Made by a program: the position numbers and the translations under genes
DNA from: a virus
Reading direction: 5' to 3' (one strand)
Length of the DNA: 64,000 nt
Virus record (IMG/VR): IMGVR_UViG_3300031952_000008
Coordinates: 1-64,000 of that record
Notes under the pieces: model-generated
The model's input: the letters and a program-made list of their open reading frames with translations, nothing else
The model's database searches: none
What the model was told of the DNA's origin: nothing
Shown here: positions 46,264-55,469 of the stretch, in pieces
Layout of the letters: every line of letters begins with the position of its first letter
Position numbering within the stretch: the stretch's first letter is position 1

Positions 46264-46910
46264 TATTCATCACCTTTAACTAACAACCATTTACTCCATT
46301 TTCTTTCTAAACTTATACATCCTGGTTGATATAACCACTCACATAACTTCCTTATACTATCCTTCTTAATATATTCTAATATATAAATGCTTGTATTTTT
46401 TCTAAACTTACCATCAATACCTAACTTTTCTTTAATTAATTCCTTAATTCTTTTTATGAATTGCTCATTACCAACCATATTTAGATAAAATAATGGTTTT
46501 TTATATCTTTTATCATTTAAAAAATATAAACTTCCATCTCCATCAATATATCCTCGGATATAATCTTTAATATACTCATCCGGAATTATTGTAGGAAAAT
46601 TGAGTGTGAATGTTTTTCTTGGAGTTATTCCATAACCGATTAACAATTCTACTAATTCTTTTGAATTACAACTATATTTAATAGCTTTAATTCCTTTATA
46701 TTCATCTTCCGAAATAGGAGATAAACATAGTTTTTCTCTTAACTTATTAAGATGTTCCTTATCTTTCGGATTTAAATGTAGTGATAATCTATAACAAGTA
46801 TATTTTTCTTTTTCATACTGAACACATCCATCCGCACTTATAAATCCTAACCAATAACAGCTTTCGGATGTTAAGTTCCTAAAAAAGTCAATATTAACTT
46901 CATATTTAAT
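46263..46910 (-). CDS. two-motif LAGLIDADG homing endonuclease, ATT start (215 aa)
   Basis: Frame extends 88 codons beyond the track start and includes motif 1 YWLGFISADG; motif 2 YIRGYIDGDG; SD GGAAGGTG 8 nt before ATT. Confidence 0.85.
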   Translation of the reverse strand: MKYEVNIDFFRNLTSESCYWLGFISADGCVQYEKEKYTCYRLSLHLNPKDKEHLNKLREKLCLSPISEDEYKGIKAIKYSCNSKELVELLIGYGITPRKTFTLNFPTIIPDEYIKDYIRGYIDGDGSLYFLNDKRYKKPLFYLNMVGNEQFIKRIKELIKEKLGIDGKFRKNTSIYILEYIKKDSIRKLCEWLYQPGCISLERKWSKWLLVKGDE

Positions 46911-46963
46911 AAAACAACACCTTCCTATTTAATAATCTTTACAAAACTTTACAATGACTTTAC

Positions 46964-47614
46964 TTAGTTATTTTGTCCACCAATACTATATTTGGTCTTA
47001 TACTTTATCCTTAAAGTTATTGCATCTTCCATTAGTGTTGGATGTATGGTATTATAACCATTTGAACCGACTGGAATAGCTGTTGTTCCACATGCTGTTC
47101 CTTGGGTAAAGGTTATTATATCATCACTTGTTGCAATAGGGTAAGGTAACCCGATTATATCTCCCCAACTAAGTCCTATATCACTGCTAGAACTTGCACT
47201 ACCAACTCTCTGTGAGATTGTTGATATAAATGCAAATGCTTGTCTTGTTGATGTAGTAGCATCTGAAACGCTAGGTACATACAAAGTTTCCTGAATATGG
47301 TTTCCCATAGCATTATATCCTTTAAAAGTCAATGGGTCATGGTCTGCATCTGTATGTCCTGTTTCTGCTCCATTTGCACAAACAACTAAGTTAAGTGCGT
47401 AAGGAGGCTGTTTCGCAAATGACGAACAAGTCATTGCACTAATATCTGCCGTTCCAATTCCTTTTAAAACATATCCTGTTAGGATTGCTCCTGTACTAAC
47501 TGCGGAAGCTTGTAGTATTGAATATTCAACTACTGCATTTGGCTCTCCACTTTCATCAGCGATTGTTAGTTTTTTAACAACCAAACCACCATCCCTATAT
47601 CCATAATTCGCCAT
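46964..47614 (-). CDS. putative capsid decoration/minor head protein
   Basis: Follows the MCP; AGGTGA SD; Ser/Thr/Ala-rich. Confidence 0.5.
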   Translation of the reverse strand: MANYGYRDGGLVVKKLTIADESGEPNAVVEYSILQASAVSTGAILTGYVLKGIGTADISAMTCSSFAKQPPYALNLVVCANGAETGHTDADHDPLTFKGYNAMGNHIQETLYVPSVSDATTSTRQAFAFISTISQRVGSASSSSDIGLSWGDIIGLPYPIATSDDIITFTQGTACGTTAIPVGSNGYNTIHPTLMEDAITLRIKYKTKYSIGGQNN

Positions 47615-47626
47615 TATTATTCACCT

Positions 47627-47667
47627 GTTTTAACGGTCTAACGACCGTTGCATTGCAACGTTAAAAC
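47627..47667 (-). promoter_or_regulatory. perfect Y-shaped (three-way) palindrome abutting an SD
   Basis: GTTTTAAC/GTTAAAAC enclosing GGTC-TAAC-GACC and GTTGC-ATT-GCAAC. Confidence 0.6.
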
Positions 47668-47675
47668 GTTAATTA

Positions 47676-47897
47676 TTACTTCTTCTTTACTTTTTTAATT
47701 ACTTCTTTCACTTTTTCCAAAACAGCAACTTTTTCAACTGGTTTTTCAACCTTTTTCTCAACGACAACTTCTTGTTTTTGAGGGATTTCTTCATTTTTTA
47801 CCTCTCTAATAAAAATAGGGTCTAACCTTCTTTGTTGATACAAAGATAACTTATCCCATTCTTCTTTTGTTATTCTTATCTTCTCATATAATCTCAT
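47676..47897 (-). CDS. small Lys/Glu-rich protein
   Basis: AGGTGA SD before ATG 47897. Confidence 0.55.
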   Translation of the reverse strand: MRLYEKIRITKEEWDKLSLYQQRRLDPIFIREVKNEEIPQKQEVVVEKKVEKPVEKVAVLEKVKEVIKKVKKK

Positions 47898-47908
47898 AAC
47901 AATCACCT

Positions 47909-47935
47909 AAAAATAAAAAGGAGGCCGAAGCCTCC
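47909..47935 (-). terminator. UUCG hairpin plus U-tract after the capsid gene
   Basis: Minus strand GGAGGC-TTCG-GCCTCC-TTTTTATTTTT. Confidence 0.8.
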
Positions 47936-47956
47936 CAAAAAAGACTTACTCTTTAT

Positions 47957-48988
47957 TTAAGCATCTGAAAAACATCCAAAACAAATTGCACATGCATTTA
48001 TTCTAGACATTTTATACCAAGCGTCCAATAGAACCTTGTGAACTCTCTCATCATCCCAAGTTTCTACTTTGACCTTAGCTTTCTCTTTCCAAACAATACA
48101 AGCAGCAGCAGTAGGGTCTATCATGTAACTGACGTGACCTGTTGCTCCCCAAGCGTCACAGCTAGAGTTTGTTGTGAACAATGTGCTTGTTGATATAAGT
48201 GTTGAAACTTCTATCTTACAACCTACATATGTTTCAATAACTCCTGACTGAACGATTCCACCTGCACCATACTCAGCAGCGTTTGTGAACTGAGATGATT
48301 TAAGCAAGTACTTGTACTGGGTTGGATGTACAAAAAGTACAGCCTGTCCTGGTCTTTTTGCAAAGTTCTTTTTTTGCAATTCGATTTTCATATCGACTAC
48401 TTTATCAACAGTGATAACATCTCCTGTTGCTAGTTCATCTGTGTCAGCAGCGTCTCCACCATAAACTTCTGAAGCTCCTGTAGTTCCTCTTCCTGACCAT
48501 GCTCCTTCTAGACATTTGTTAGCATCTGTTTCTATAGTTTCTAGATACTGTTGAACAAGCATCCTGTGTGCCATTTCAACTAGTGAAACTCTTGTACCAC
48601 TTGCTGTCTCGAATGATATACCGCATCCACCTAGTTTAACATCCCTAGCTGTTAGATAAACGGTTACGTTATCAGCAGTGTCGAAATTAACTAGTGTTCT
48701 TGTCTTACCTTCTGTGTAAGCTGTTCTTCCACCCATTAGGTCTACATCTCCTATTTTAGGCAATACGAATGTTAGGTCGTTATTTCCCATTAGGTCTGTA
48801 AACTCAAGGAAGTACTTTGACAAAACTCTATCAGGCTGAGCATCAAATATGATTCTCTCAGACCATGTTTTTCCCATGATGGATGAGATACCTGTGGTAA
48901 GACCACTAGCTACTCCGCCTACCCATGGACCAAAACCAGAACCGATATCGGTTACTGGTGATATGTCTAATTGTTCTTTAGATGGCAT
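47957..48988 (-). CDS. major capsid protein (HK97 fold)
   Basis: Order portal-protease-scaffold-MCP; LFVHPTQYKYL, GVIETYVGCKIEVS; strong terminator downstream. Confidence 0.85.
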   Translation of the reverse strand: MPSKEQLDISPVTDIGSGFGPWVGGVASGLTTGISSIMGKTWSERIIFDAQPDRVLSKYFLEFTDLMGNNDLTFVLPKIGDVDLMGGRTAYTEGKTRTLVNFDTADNVTVYLTARDVKLGGCGISFETASGTRVSLVEMAHRMLVQQYLETIETDANKCLEGAWSGRGTTGASEVYGGDAADTDELATGDVITVDKVVDMKIELQKKNFAKRPGQAVLFVHPTQYKYLLKSSQFTNAAEYGAGGIVQSGVIETYVGCKIEVSTLISTSTLFTTNSSCDAWGATGHVSYMIDPTAAACIVWKEKAKVKVETWDDERVHKVLLDAWYKMSRINACAICFGCFSDA

Positions 48989-49006
48989 ATTAATTACCTC
49001 GTATAT

Positions 49007-49801
49007 TTAGTAAACTCGTACGGATTTATTTCCGAAAACTCCTTCTTTACCTTGCTGTTTAGCCATTTCATCACAAATTTCTGTGAAGAAAGGTTTTGGT
49101 TTTACTAATGCTTCTGGTTTCTTCTCTTCTAGTTTTTCAGTTGCCACAGCCTGTGAAGGATGTGTTATTGTTTCTCCAAGTTTCTCATTTTGTCTCTTAG
49201 CACTCAAACCTGCATTTACCACTTGTTCAAACTCTGAAATCATTGCCACTGGCAACGCTTTTAATTGTTCTACACTCTTATCTTGTCCAAGTTGTTTAAA
49301 ACTAGCACTTAGTTTCTCCAGTCTCTTACATAGTTCAGTTTCTTCAATTTTTGCTAATTTCTCTTGAGATTCTTTCAGTTGTGCCGAAAGTGTCTCTTTT
49401 TCTTTGGAAAAGGTATCTACCTTACTAAGCAATTCAGTATTAGAATTTTTAAGTTCTGAAGACTCCTTACCCAACTTTTCCATATCAACATAAACTTTTG
49501 CAAGTTCTTCCCTTGTTTCTTTTATTATGGAAAGTTGTTCCTTAAGTTTTTCAATAGATAATTGTTCCTTTGCAGGTTCAACTACTGGTTCTACCTTAAG
49601 AACTTCTTTAGGAGCTTCCACTACTTTCTCAGATAATTGTTCAGTTTTTACTTCTTCAACCTTAATAGCAGAATTTTGTTCTACCTTTACTTCTGCCGTG
49701 ATAGGTTGAACAACAATAGTTTCATTATTCATAATTCCACCCATATTTTCATCCTTAACGCCAGAAGCATCAAGAATATCCAATTTACCATCACTATTCA
49801 T
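49007..49801 (-). CDS. capsid scaffolding protein
   Basis: Glu/Lys-rich coiled coil with repeated EQLS/EKLS, immediately upstream of the MCP. Confidence 0.7.
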   Translation of the reverse strand: MNSDGKLDILDASGVKDENMGGIMNNETIVVQPITAEVKVEQNSAIKVEEVKTEQLSEKVVEAPKEVLKVEPVVEPAKEQLSIEKLKEQLSIIKETREELAKVYVDMEKLGKESSELKNSNTELLSKVDTFSKEKETLSAQLKESQEKLAKIEETELCKRLEKLSASFKQLGQDKSVEQLKALPVAMISEFEQVVNAGLSAKRQNEKLGETITHPSQAVATEKLEEKKPEALVKPKPFFTEICDEMAKQQGKEGVFGNKSVRVY

Positions 49802-49802
49802 T

Positions 49803-50108
49803 TTACTTACCCCTTAAAAAAGAATCTAACTTAGATTTAAAATCTTCTTTATGTTTAAAATCTATCGGTTTAACTTTTTCATCTTTTAAAAAGTTTTGAA
49901 CGTTATTATCTAAATCGCCTTCAATAACTTCAGCACTATGACTCTCCCTATATTTTTTTACAGCCGCATTAGCAGTAGCAAAAGATTTACCTTCATCACC
50001 ATTATATTCTTTATAAGCGGCATTAAAAGCACTCATCCAAATTCTTTTAAGATTTGATGGCAACTTCTTAACGAATGGAGGTAGCTCACTCTCATTTGTA
50101 TATGGCAT
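49803..50108 (-). CDS. ChaB-family protein
   Basis: MPY...ELP..VKKLP...RIWMSAFNAAY..Y..DE..SFATANAAVKK.Y. Confidence 0.85.
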   Translation of the reverse strand: MPYTNESELPPFVKKLPSNLKRIWMSAFNAAYKEYNGDEGKSFATANAAVKKYRESHSAEVIEGDLDNNVQNFLKDEKVKPIDFKHKEDFKSKLDSFLRGK

Positions 50109-50121
50109 AATAAATCACCTT

Positions 50122-50736
50122 TTATTTTAAATCTACTTCGATTTTGTTACCAGTAACGGCACCATGAATAACTGTAGATAGTTCAGTAAAAGTAAGACCT
50201 TTACCAACTAATCCTCTTGCAGGGTCCATATATTCTTGTTCGCTATAAACACTTGCACTAACTTCATTGATTAAACCATCAAGAATATTTCTTGCTGTAG
50301 TTTCATCATTAATATGTCCCCACCATCTTATTCCGGCCTTTAATCCGTTAGGTGTTGGTATACCATTGTCAAAAGCTATCTTATCAACAACTCCGACAAT
50401 AACAGAAGTTTCTTCATCTCTATGGTCAGAAATGATTGGAAATCTTTGGTTAACAGGATTATCTACTGCTTTAAGCATTTCTTCCTTTGTATAAAACCTT
50501 CTTTGAGGTCTTCCTTCTACCAAGAATATTCCTTTAACTTTAAGAGGTAGTTTAAATCCGCTAGATAAAGATTCTGCTGTTTCAAAATCTGTAGATAACT
50601 TTTCAGGTATATTATTTTTTATAACTTGTTCTGCCATATCCAATTTTAACATCATACTGGCTCGTAGTAATTCCTGAGACAACCTAAGTTGTTCCATTAT
50701 TAGTTCTTCTTCCTTTTTATATAATTTTTCTATCAT
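50122..50736 (-). CDS. putative prohead protease
   Basis: PIISDH, VGVV, EVSAS, FTELSTV..GA; position in the head module. Confidence 0.7.
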   Translation of the reverse strand: MIEKLYKKEEELIMEQLRLSQELLRASMMLKLDMAEQVIKNNIPEKLSTDFETAESLSSGFKLPLKVKGIFLVEGRPQRRFYTKEEMLKAVDNPVNQRFPIISDHRDEETSVIVGVVDKIAFDNGIPTPNGLKAGIRWWGHINDETTARNILDGLINEVSASVYSEQEYMDPARGLVGKGLTFTELSTVIHGAVTGNKIEVDLK

Positions 50737-51050
50737 TGAACATCAAGCCTATCAAAATTTTTATGGTTACTTAACTTTCCCTTTACTTCCTTATGTAATC
50801 TAACGATATCCTCCCTAGATAATTTTTCACAGTTTCCTGAACTGTAAAAGAGATGTAACATTGTGTGCAACATTCTCAATTTCTCCATGGGATATATTTC
50901 CAAATCTGTATTTGGAGTAATAACCCCAAGAGTGTTTTTCAACTCTTGGGGAGTGTTAGTTTTGGAGGGAGCGGTTTCTTGGGGCAATACTGCCTCAATA
51001 AGCCTCTCAAAAGACAATAATTCTTCATCTAATTTCTTTAAGTTATTCAT
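50733..51050 (-). CDS. hypothetical protein
   Basis: ATGA overlaps on both sides. Confidence 0.6.
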   Translation of the reverse strand: MNNLKKLDEELLSFERLIEAVLPQETAPSKTNTPQELKNTLGVITPNTDLEIYPMEKLRMLHTMLHLFYSSGNCEKLSREDIVRLHKEVKGKLSNHKNFDRLDVQ

Positions 51051-52492
51051 TTTATGTTAGGCAATCCTTCTCCTTTAAAACTTGAATCTTGACTAGATTT
51101 CATCTTCGTTTTATTTCCAGATTGGCTACCAGCTGGTGAACCTGGTTCGTATGGATGCCAAGATTCCATATCTTGGTTCTTTATTTCCTTAGAAGTGCCA
51201 TCAATAGATACTTTAGATGACCCACCTAATGAAAGTCCTATCATTGTTCTTGCCTCTTCCCTGTCTATCAAACCTGCTTGGAACAGTTCCACCGCTCTTT
51301 GTCCTGTAGCGTCTGCGTCTTCGGCAACGTCTCTGAAAACAAATTTTGGAGCTTTGAAACCTGAAAGGTCTGCGTATTGTTGGAAAAGTTCATTTATTCC
51401 TGTTTCGAAAATCAATTGGTTATCTCGCATGGCACGATAGAAGTGTTTGGAAAGCGTTATAGTTTCTGCCCTGTTATCCCCACCACTACCTAAAAGGATA
51501 GATTTTGGAACTCCAGTATCGGAAACTACTGCATCTAAGAAATAATCTGCGTAATCATTAAAATTTTGCCTTCCAGGAGAAAGAAACTCAATAGTTTGGT
51601 CCTCTCCTAAAGAAATCTCTTGTTGGCCATTTAATTTACCAATGGTTTTCATCCATTTTCCAAGAATTAAAGGACTTTTTGCATTAGTTTTAAGAACCAT
51701 TAATGGATTAGCTGTTTTAATAGCTGCCAAAGCAGCCGCCTTTTCCATGTTCATAAGCCTAATTAAAGTATCATAACCTGGTTGAAGAGTTGATATACCA
51801 CTAAACTCATCACCAAAAGTATTATATTTGATGTGAGTTATTTTATCCTTTGGAACATCCACTAATATTTCTGTTCCCAGTTCAGGGTCAAAGACCTTTT
51901 GGGCATACATTAATGGAGTTTTATCGTCACCAAAAATTATGGTATGTGTAACTTCGTCATATTTGAATCCAAATGTTAAAGGATGAACTTGTCTAAGAAG
52001 TAAAATGTCTTTCCCTCCTTGAGAAAGAATGTGTTCCCAGTAATTATTACCAAAAACATCAGCGTTTATGCTAGATTGTCTTAAGAAAGATTCTCCACCT
52101 GAGTTCTTTATTAAGTCACTGCATTTTTTAACTCCTTCCGAATCTTCACCAATAATATCATATCCTCTACTTACCATTTCGGAAGCTCGGATATTTACTG
52201 CTCTAAATATAAATTGATTTCTTAAATAAAGAGATTGAAAACATCTTAAATCTACCCTTCTACTCATTTCATTCATTATGTCAGTTAATTGTCTTTGGTC
52301 TGAGGCTATAGCACTAGGGTTAGTGGTTTGACTATCCACTCCTAATTCTTCTAGAAGTCTATTGGAAGCTAATAGTTCAGATTCTCTCTGTTCTAGTTGT
52401 TCCTTTAATTTTTGATGTTGCCCTCTATAGTCTTTTGATAGAAATTTGAATATTCCCAAAGAAAATCCTTGTTTTTCTGTTTGTTCCGCCAT
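51047..52492 (-). CDS. portal protein
   Basis: IFRAVNIRA, ADVFGNNYW, FSGISTL, GVPKSILLG, GLIDREEAR. Confidence 0.85.
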   Translation of the reverse strand: MAEQTEKQGFSLGIFKFLSKDYRGQHQKLKEQLEQRESELLASNRLLEELGVDSQTTNPSAIASDQRQLTDIMNEMSRRVDLRCFQSLYLRNQFIFRAVNIRASEMVSRGYDIIGEDSEGVKKCSDLIKNSGGESFLRQSSINADVFGNNYWEHILSQGGKDILLLRQVHPLTFGFKYDEVTHTIIFGDDKTPLMYAQKVFDPELGTEILVDVPKDKITHIKYNTFGDEFSGISTLQPGYDTLIRLMNMEKAAALAAIKTANPLMVLKTNAKSPLILGKWMKTIGKLNGQQEISLGEDQTIEFLSPGRQNFNDYADYFLDAVVSDTGVPKSILLGSGGDNRAETITLSKHFYRAMRDNQLIFETGINELFQQYADLSGFKAPKFVFRDVAEDADATGQRAVELFQAGLIDREEARTMIGLSLGGSSKVSIDGTSKEIKNQDMESWHPYEPGSPAGSQSGNKTKMKSSQDSSFKGEGLPNIK

Positions 52493-52566
52493 TTTATATA
52501 AAATCTTAATAAATTTATAAATAATCTTAACACTATATAAAAAATAAGTCTCTACATAGTATATAT

Positions 52567-52584
52567 AATCTTCCAGTATATAAA
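52567..52584 (-). promoter_or_regulatory. TATA promoter of the morphogenesis operon
   Basis: Minus strand CGAAACA-TTTATATA-ctg-GAAGATT. Confidence 0.7.
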
Positions 52585-52726
52585 TGTTTCGATTTTACTT
52601 AGTCTACCCTAGTATAATTTGAACTAAATAACGTCGTCTATTTAAAAAAATAACCCTAATACAATACATACATTTTTATACTATTACAACAATGGCATAT
52701 AAAACCTTCGTTTTAAAAACGATAGA

Positions 52727-52744
52727 TTTATATAGTAGAACATT
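52727..52744 (+). promoter_or_regulatory. divergent TATA promoter of the right-hand operon
   Basis: TTTATATA-gta-GAACATT. Confidence 0.7.
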
Positions 52745-52770
52745 CATATGATATATTAGATATAAAATAT

Positions 52771-53172
52771 TTGTGTAATATGGTAAAGGAACGAATGATT
52801 CGGAAACGAAACAAGAGCTTTTTCACCAAAGCTAAGAAAGGCGTTAAGTTTGTTGAGGAAATTTATACAAAATATGAAAAAATCTATAACTTCTATTGTC
52901 CCAAGTGCAGAACTAAATTTGATACAGATACTTATAAATACACAATTACTGTATATTCCACATTAAACTTAATAACTAGGCACACTTGTGGAATTAGGTG
53001 TCATAGGTTTATAAAAACAGATTATGATATTGTAGAAAAACTGTTTTTAGAAAGTAATAAAACCCCAACATATTATCCCAAACATAAAAAAATCAGGGAA
53101 GGATTTAAAAAGAGAATGTATGTTAAACAATCAAAACATAAAATTAATGATAAAGATGAATTCGAGGTGTAA
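52771..53172 (+). CDS. basic zinc-finger protein
   Basis: YCPKC..HTCG; start may be ATG 52795. Confidence 0.6.
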   Translation: MCNMVKERMIRKRNKSFFTKAKKGVKFVEEIYTKYEKIYNFYCPKCRTKFDTDTYKYTITVYSTLNLITRHTCGIRCHRFIKTDYDIVEKLFLESNKTPTYYPKHKKIREGFKKRMYVKQSKHKINDKDEFEV

Positions 53173-53175
53173 AAC

Positions 53176-53604
53176 ATGGTTAAAAATGGATTGAAAATCC
53201 GCTATAAAGGCAACGATGCCTTGTCCACTCAAAAAATAAATCATATAGTATATGGAAAGTTACATAAAGTAAAAGGGAATTGTATGAACTATACCCCAGG
53301 TATACTACATGCGGTAGAATATGTTAAACTTTATAATGGTTGTTATTTCATTCCAGACCAAGTATTTCATATTCAATCAGGACTAGGAAGTTCACCAACT
53401 CCTATGGAAGATTTAGAAAAAAACATAAGGGAATCCATCGGAACGTTATGTTTTGACTTATTAATCGAGAAATTCGAGCTTCCGGAAGATGAACATTTCA
53501 AAAAGTATGTTTTCAAAAATGGTTTTAATTATTGGAAAGATTACACAAGAGACTTAGGGAGAGTGTTTAAATGCAAGGGGAAATTCAATCTGGAACTGGT
53601 GTAG
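53176..53604 (+). CDS. hypothetical protein
   Basis: GAGGTG SD. Confidence 0.6.
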   Translation: MVKNGLKIRYKGNDALSTQKINHIVYGKLHKVKGNCMNYTPGILHAVEYVKLYNGCYFIPDQVFHIQSGLGSSPTPMEDLEKNIRESIGTLCFDLLIEKFELPEDEHFKKYVFKNGFNYWKDYTRDLGRVFKCKGKFNLELV

Positions 53605-54137
53605 AAACACCAATTAAGGAGAAAGAAACTAAATATAAAACTTCTGGAGTTAAAGATAGGGCTCTGGAACTTTACGAGAATGGAATGAATCCTTCCGAAA
53701 TAACTAAAAAATTAACTGAGGAAGGATTTGAATGTAGTGATGAAGGAATTAGACAGATGTTACTTAATAATTCAAAAGTTAGAAAGAACGTGATTTCAGA
53801 TATTCAATTAACAAAGAAATTCAAAGATATGGTCTTGGATTATGAAAAGGAACTCAAAACTATCTTTGATGAAATAAACGAAGTTAAAGCTATGGCCAAA
53901 AATGAAAAGGAGTACAATGCTTACTCGGCTTTAGTAGGACGAATGTTACAAGGCATAGAATTGTTTTCCAAGATAGCAGGAGACTTTAAAGAACAAAAAA
54001 TAGATATTAATGTAATTATTGGCGAGATAGATAATAGAGTTAGAGCAAGTAAAGGAATATTTGAAGAACCTATAGATATTAATGCTGTTATTATCGAAGA
54101 CGATAAACGAATAGCAAAATCTAAAGAAGAACAATGA
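53571..54137 (+). CDS. HTH plus coiled-coil protein, possible terminase small subunit
   Basis: RALELYENGMNPSEITKKL HTH, helical hairpin, KIDINVI beta strand. Confidence 0.5.
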   Translation: MQGEIQSGTGVETPIKEKETKYKTSGVKDRALELYENGMNPSEITKKLTEEGFECSDEGIRQMLLNNSKVRKNVISDIQLTKKFKDMVLDYEKELKTIFDEINEVKAMAKNEKEYNAYSALVGRMLQGIELFSKIAGDFKEQKIDINVIIGEIDNRVRASKGIFEEPIDINAVIIEDDKRIAKSKEEQ

Positions 54138-54487
54138 AAGTTGGTATTGTAGGTAGTAGGAAACGAATAGATAAGAGTAATGTTATAAAGTTAGTAGATT
54201 CATTAAATAAAAAAGATATTGTAGTATCGGGTGGATGTAAAGGAGTAGATACTTGGGCTATTGAAAGAGCTAAAGAAAGAAAAATGAATACTATTATAAT
54301 ACTACCAGAAAAACCTACTATCGAAACTACTTACTTTGATGCTGTTAAAAGATTTTATAAACGAAATGAAGCAATAGCTAAAGAAGCTGACATAATTTAT
54401 GCTTTTGTATCCTTTGATAGAAAAGGTGGAACGGAAAATACTATTAAACATGCCAAAAAGTTAGGTAAGGAGGTTGTTATATTATGA
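54134..54487 (+). CDS. SLOG/DprA-like Rossmann protein
   Basis: VGSR, VVSGGCKGVDTWA, RN, KGGT..T. Confidence 0.8.
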   Translation: MKVGIVGSRKRIDKSNVIKLVDSLNKKDIVVSGGCKGVDTWAIERAKERKMNTIIILPEKPTIETTYFDAVKRFYKRNEAIAKEADIIYAFVSFDRKGGTENTIKHAKKLGKEVVIL

Positions 54488-55221
54488 AAATAGTGAATTT
54501 AGGATTAGGCCAGGTTGGAAAGCCTTTAAAGGAAATATGTGAAAAGAATGGTCATCAAACATTTACAATAGAACTAGATTATCAAGATGTTATACCAGAA
54601 GATATAGATATTATGATGGTTAACATTCCTTACAACAATAAATTTATTGATATAGTAACTAAAAGGATAGAAGAAGTTAAACCTAAAATAGTTATTATAA
54701 ATTCCACAGTTGATATGGGAACTACTAGAAGTATTGAAGAAATATCTGGAATCCCATGTACACACTCTCCTATAAGAGGAGTACATCCTTACCTAAAAGA
54801 AGGTATTATGACATTTGTTAAATATGTAGGTGCCACAAATATGGAAGTAATGGATAAGGTTGTAGAGTTCTTTGAAAAGATGGGAATAGATACTAAAGCA
54901 TTTAATTCGCCAGAAGAAACAGAACTTGCTAAACTACTTTGCACCACCACCTATGGCGAATATATTGCTTGGGCAACAGAAGTTAAAAGGATATGTGATA
55001 AACATGGTTTAAATTTTGATAATGTTTATACAGACTGGAACCTAACTTATAATGTAGGTTTTATGGAATTAGGTATGCCTCATGTGGTGAGACCAATACT
55101 AAAACCAAATAAAGGGGGGTTTTTAGGCCACTGCGTTTTTGAAAATTCCCAAATATTAGATAAAGAACTATCTAAAGACTGGAAACATATTAAAAAAATA
55201 GGGAAGTGGGTTCAAGAATGA
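54484..55221 (+). CDS. short UDP-glucose/GDP-mannose dehydrogenase family protein
   Basis: GLGQVG, INSTV..GTT, ELAKL, GFLGHC; lacks the C-terminal domain. Confidence 0.8.
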   Translation: MKIVNLGLGQVGKPLKEICEKNGHQTFTIELDYQDVIPEDIDIMMVNIPYNNKFIDIVTKRIEEVKPKIVIINSTVDMGTTRSIEEISGIPCTHSPIRGVHPYLKEGIMTFVKYVGATNMEVMDKVVEFFEKMGIDTKAFNSPEETELAKLLCTTTYGEYIAWATEVKRICDKHGLNFDNVYTDWNLTYNVGFMELGMPHVVRPILKPNKGGFLGHCVFENSQILDKELSKDWKHIKKIGKWVQE

Positions 55222-55457
55222 TAAGCAAAGGAATAATTGATAGCATAGAAAAATACTCTTTCGTGACTAAAGTAACTGTTTCCAAAGATTTTTATATTAC
55301 AGTATTTTATAAAACTAATGGTAAAGAAAGGCATAAATCTATAAGTAGAAGGGCTAATCATAACGAACTGGTTGAATTTTTGACCAAGATAAGAATGGAA
55401 GCAGATAAGCCAATGCTTCCTGAATTTAAAGATGATTTGCCTATCGAAATAGTTTAA
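55218..55457 (+). CDS. hypothetical protein
   Basis: ATGA overlap. Confidence 0.55.
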   Translation: MISKGIIDSIEKYSFVTKVTVSKDFYITVFYKTNGKERHKSISRRANHNELVEFLTKIRMEADKPMLPEFKDDLPIEIV

Positions 55458-55469
55458 GGAGGGATAATA

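Noticed and set aside
46931-46962. Phased CTTTAC repeats (similar AAAACTTTAC near 22036 and 24711)
   Set aside because: Short and AT-rich; cannot be distinguished from chance by eye.
25612-51440. Short plus-strand ORFs within the morphogenesis block (and minus-strand ORFs within plus-strand operons)
   Set aside because: Antisense shadows of well-supported genes, with no SD or motifs.
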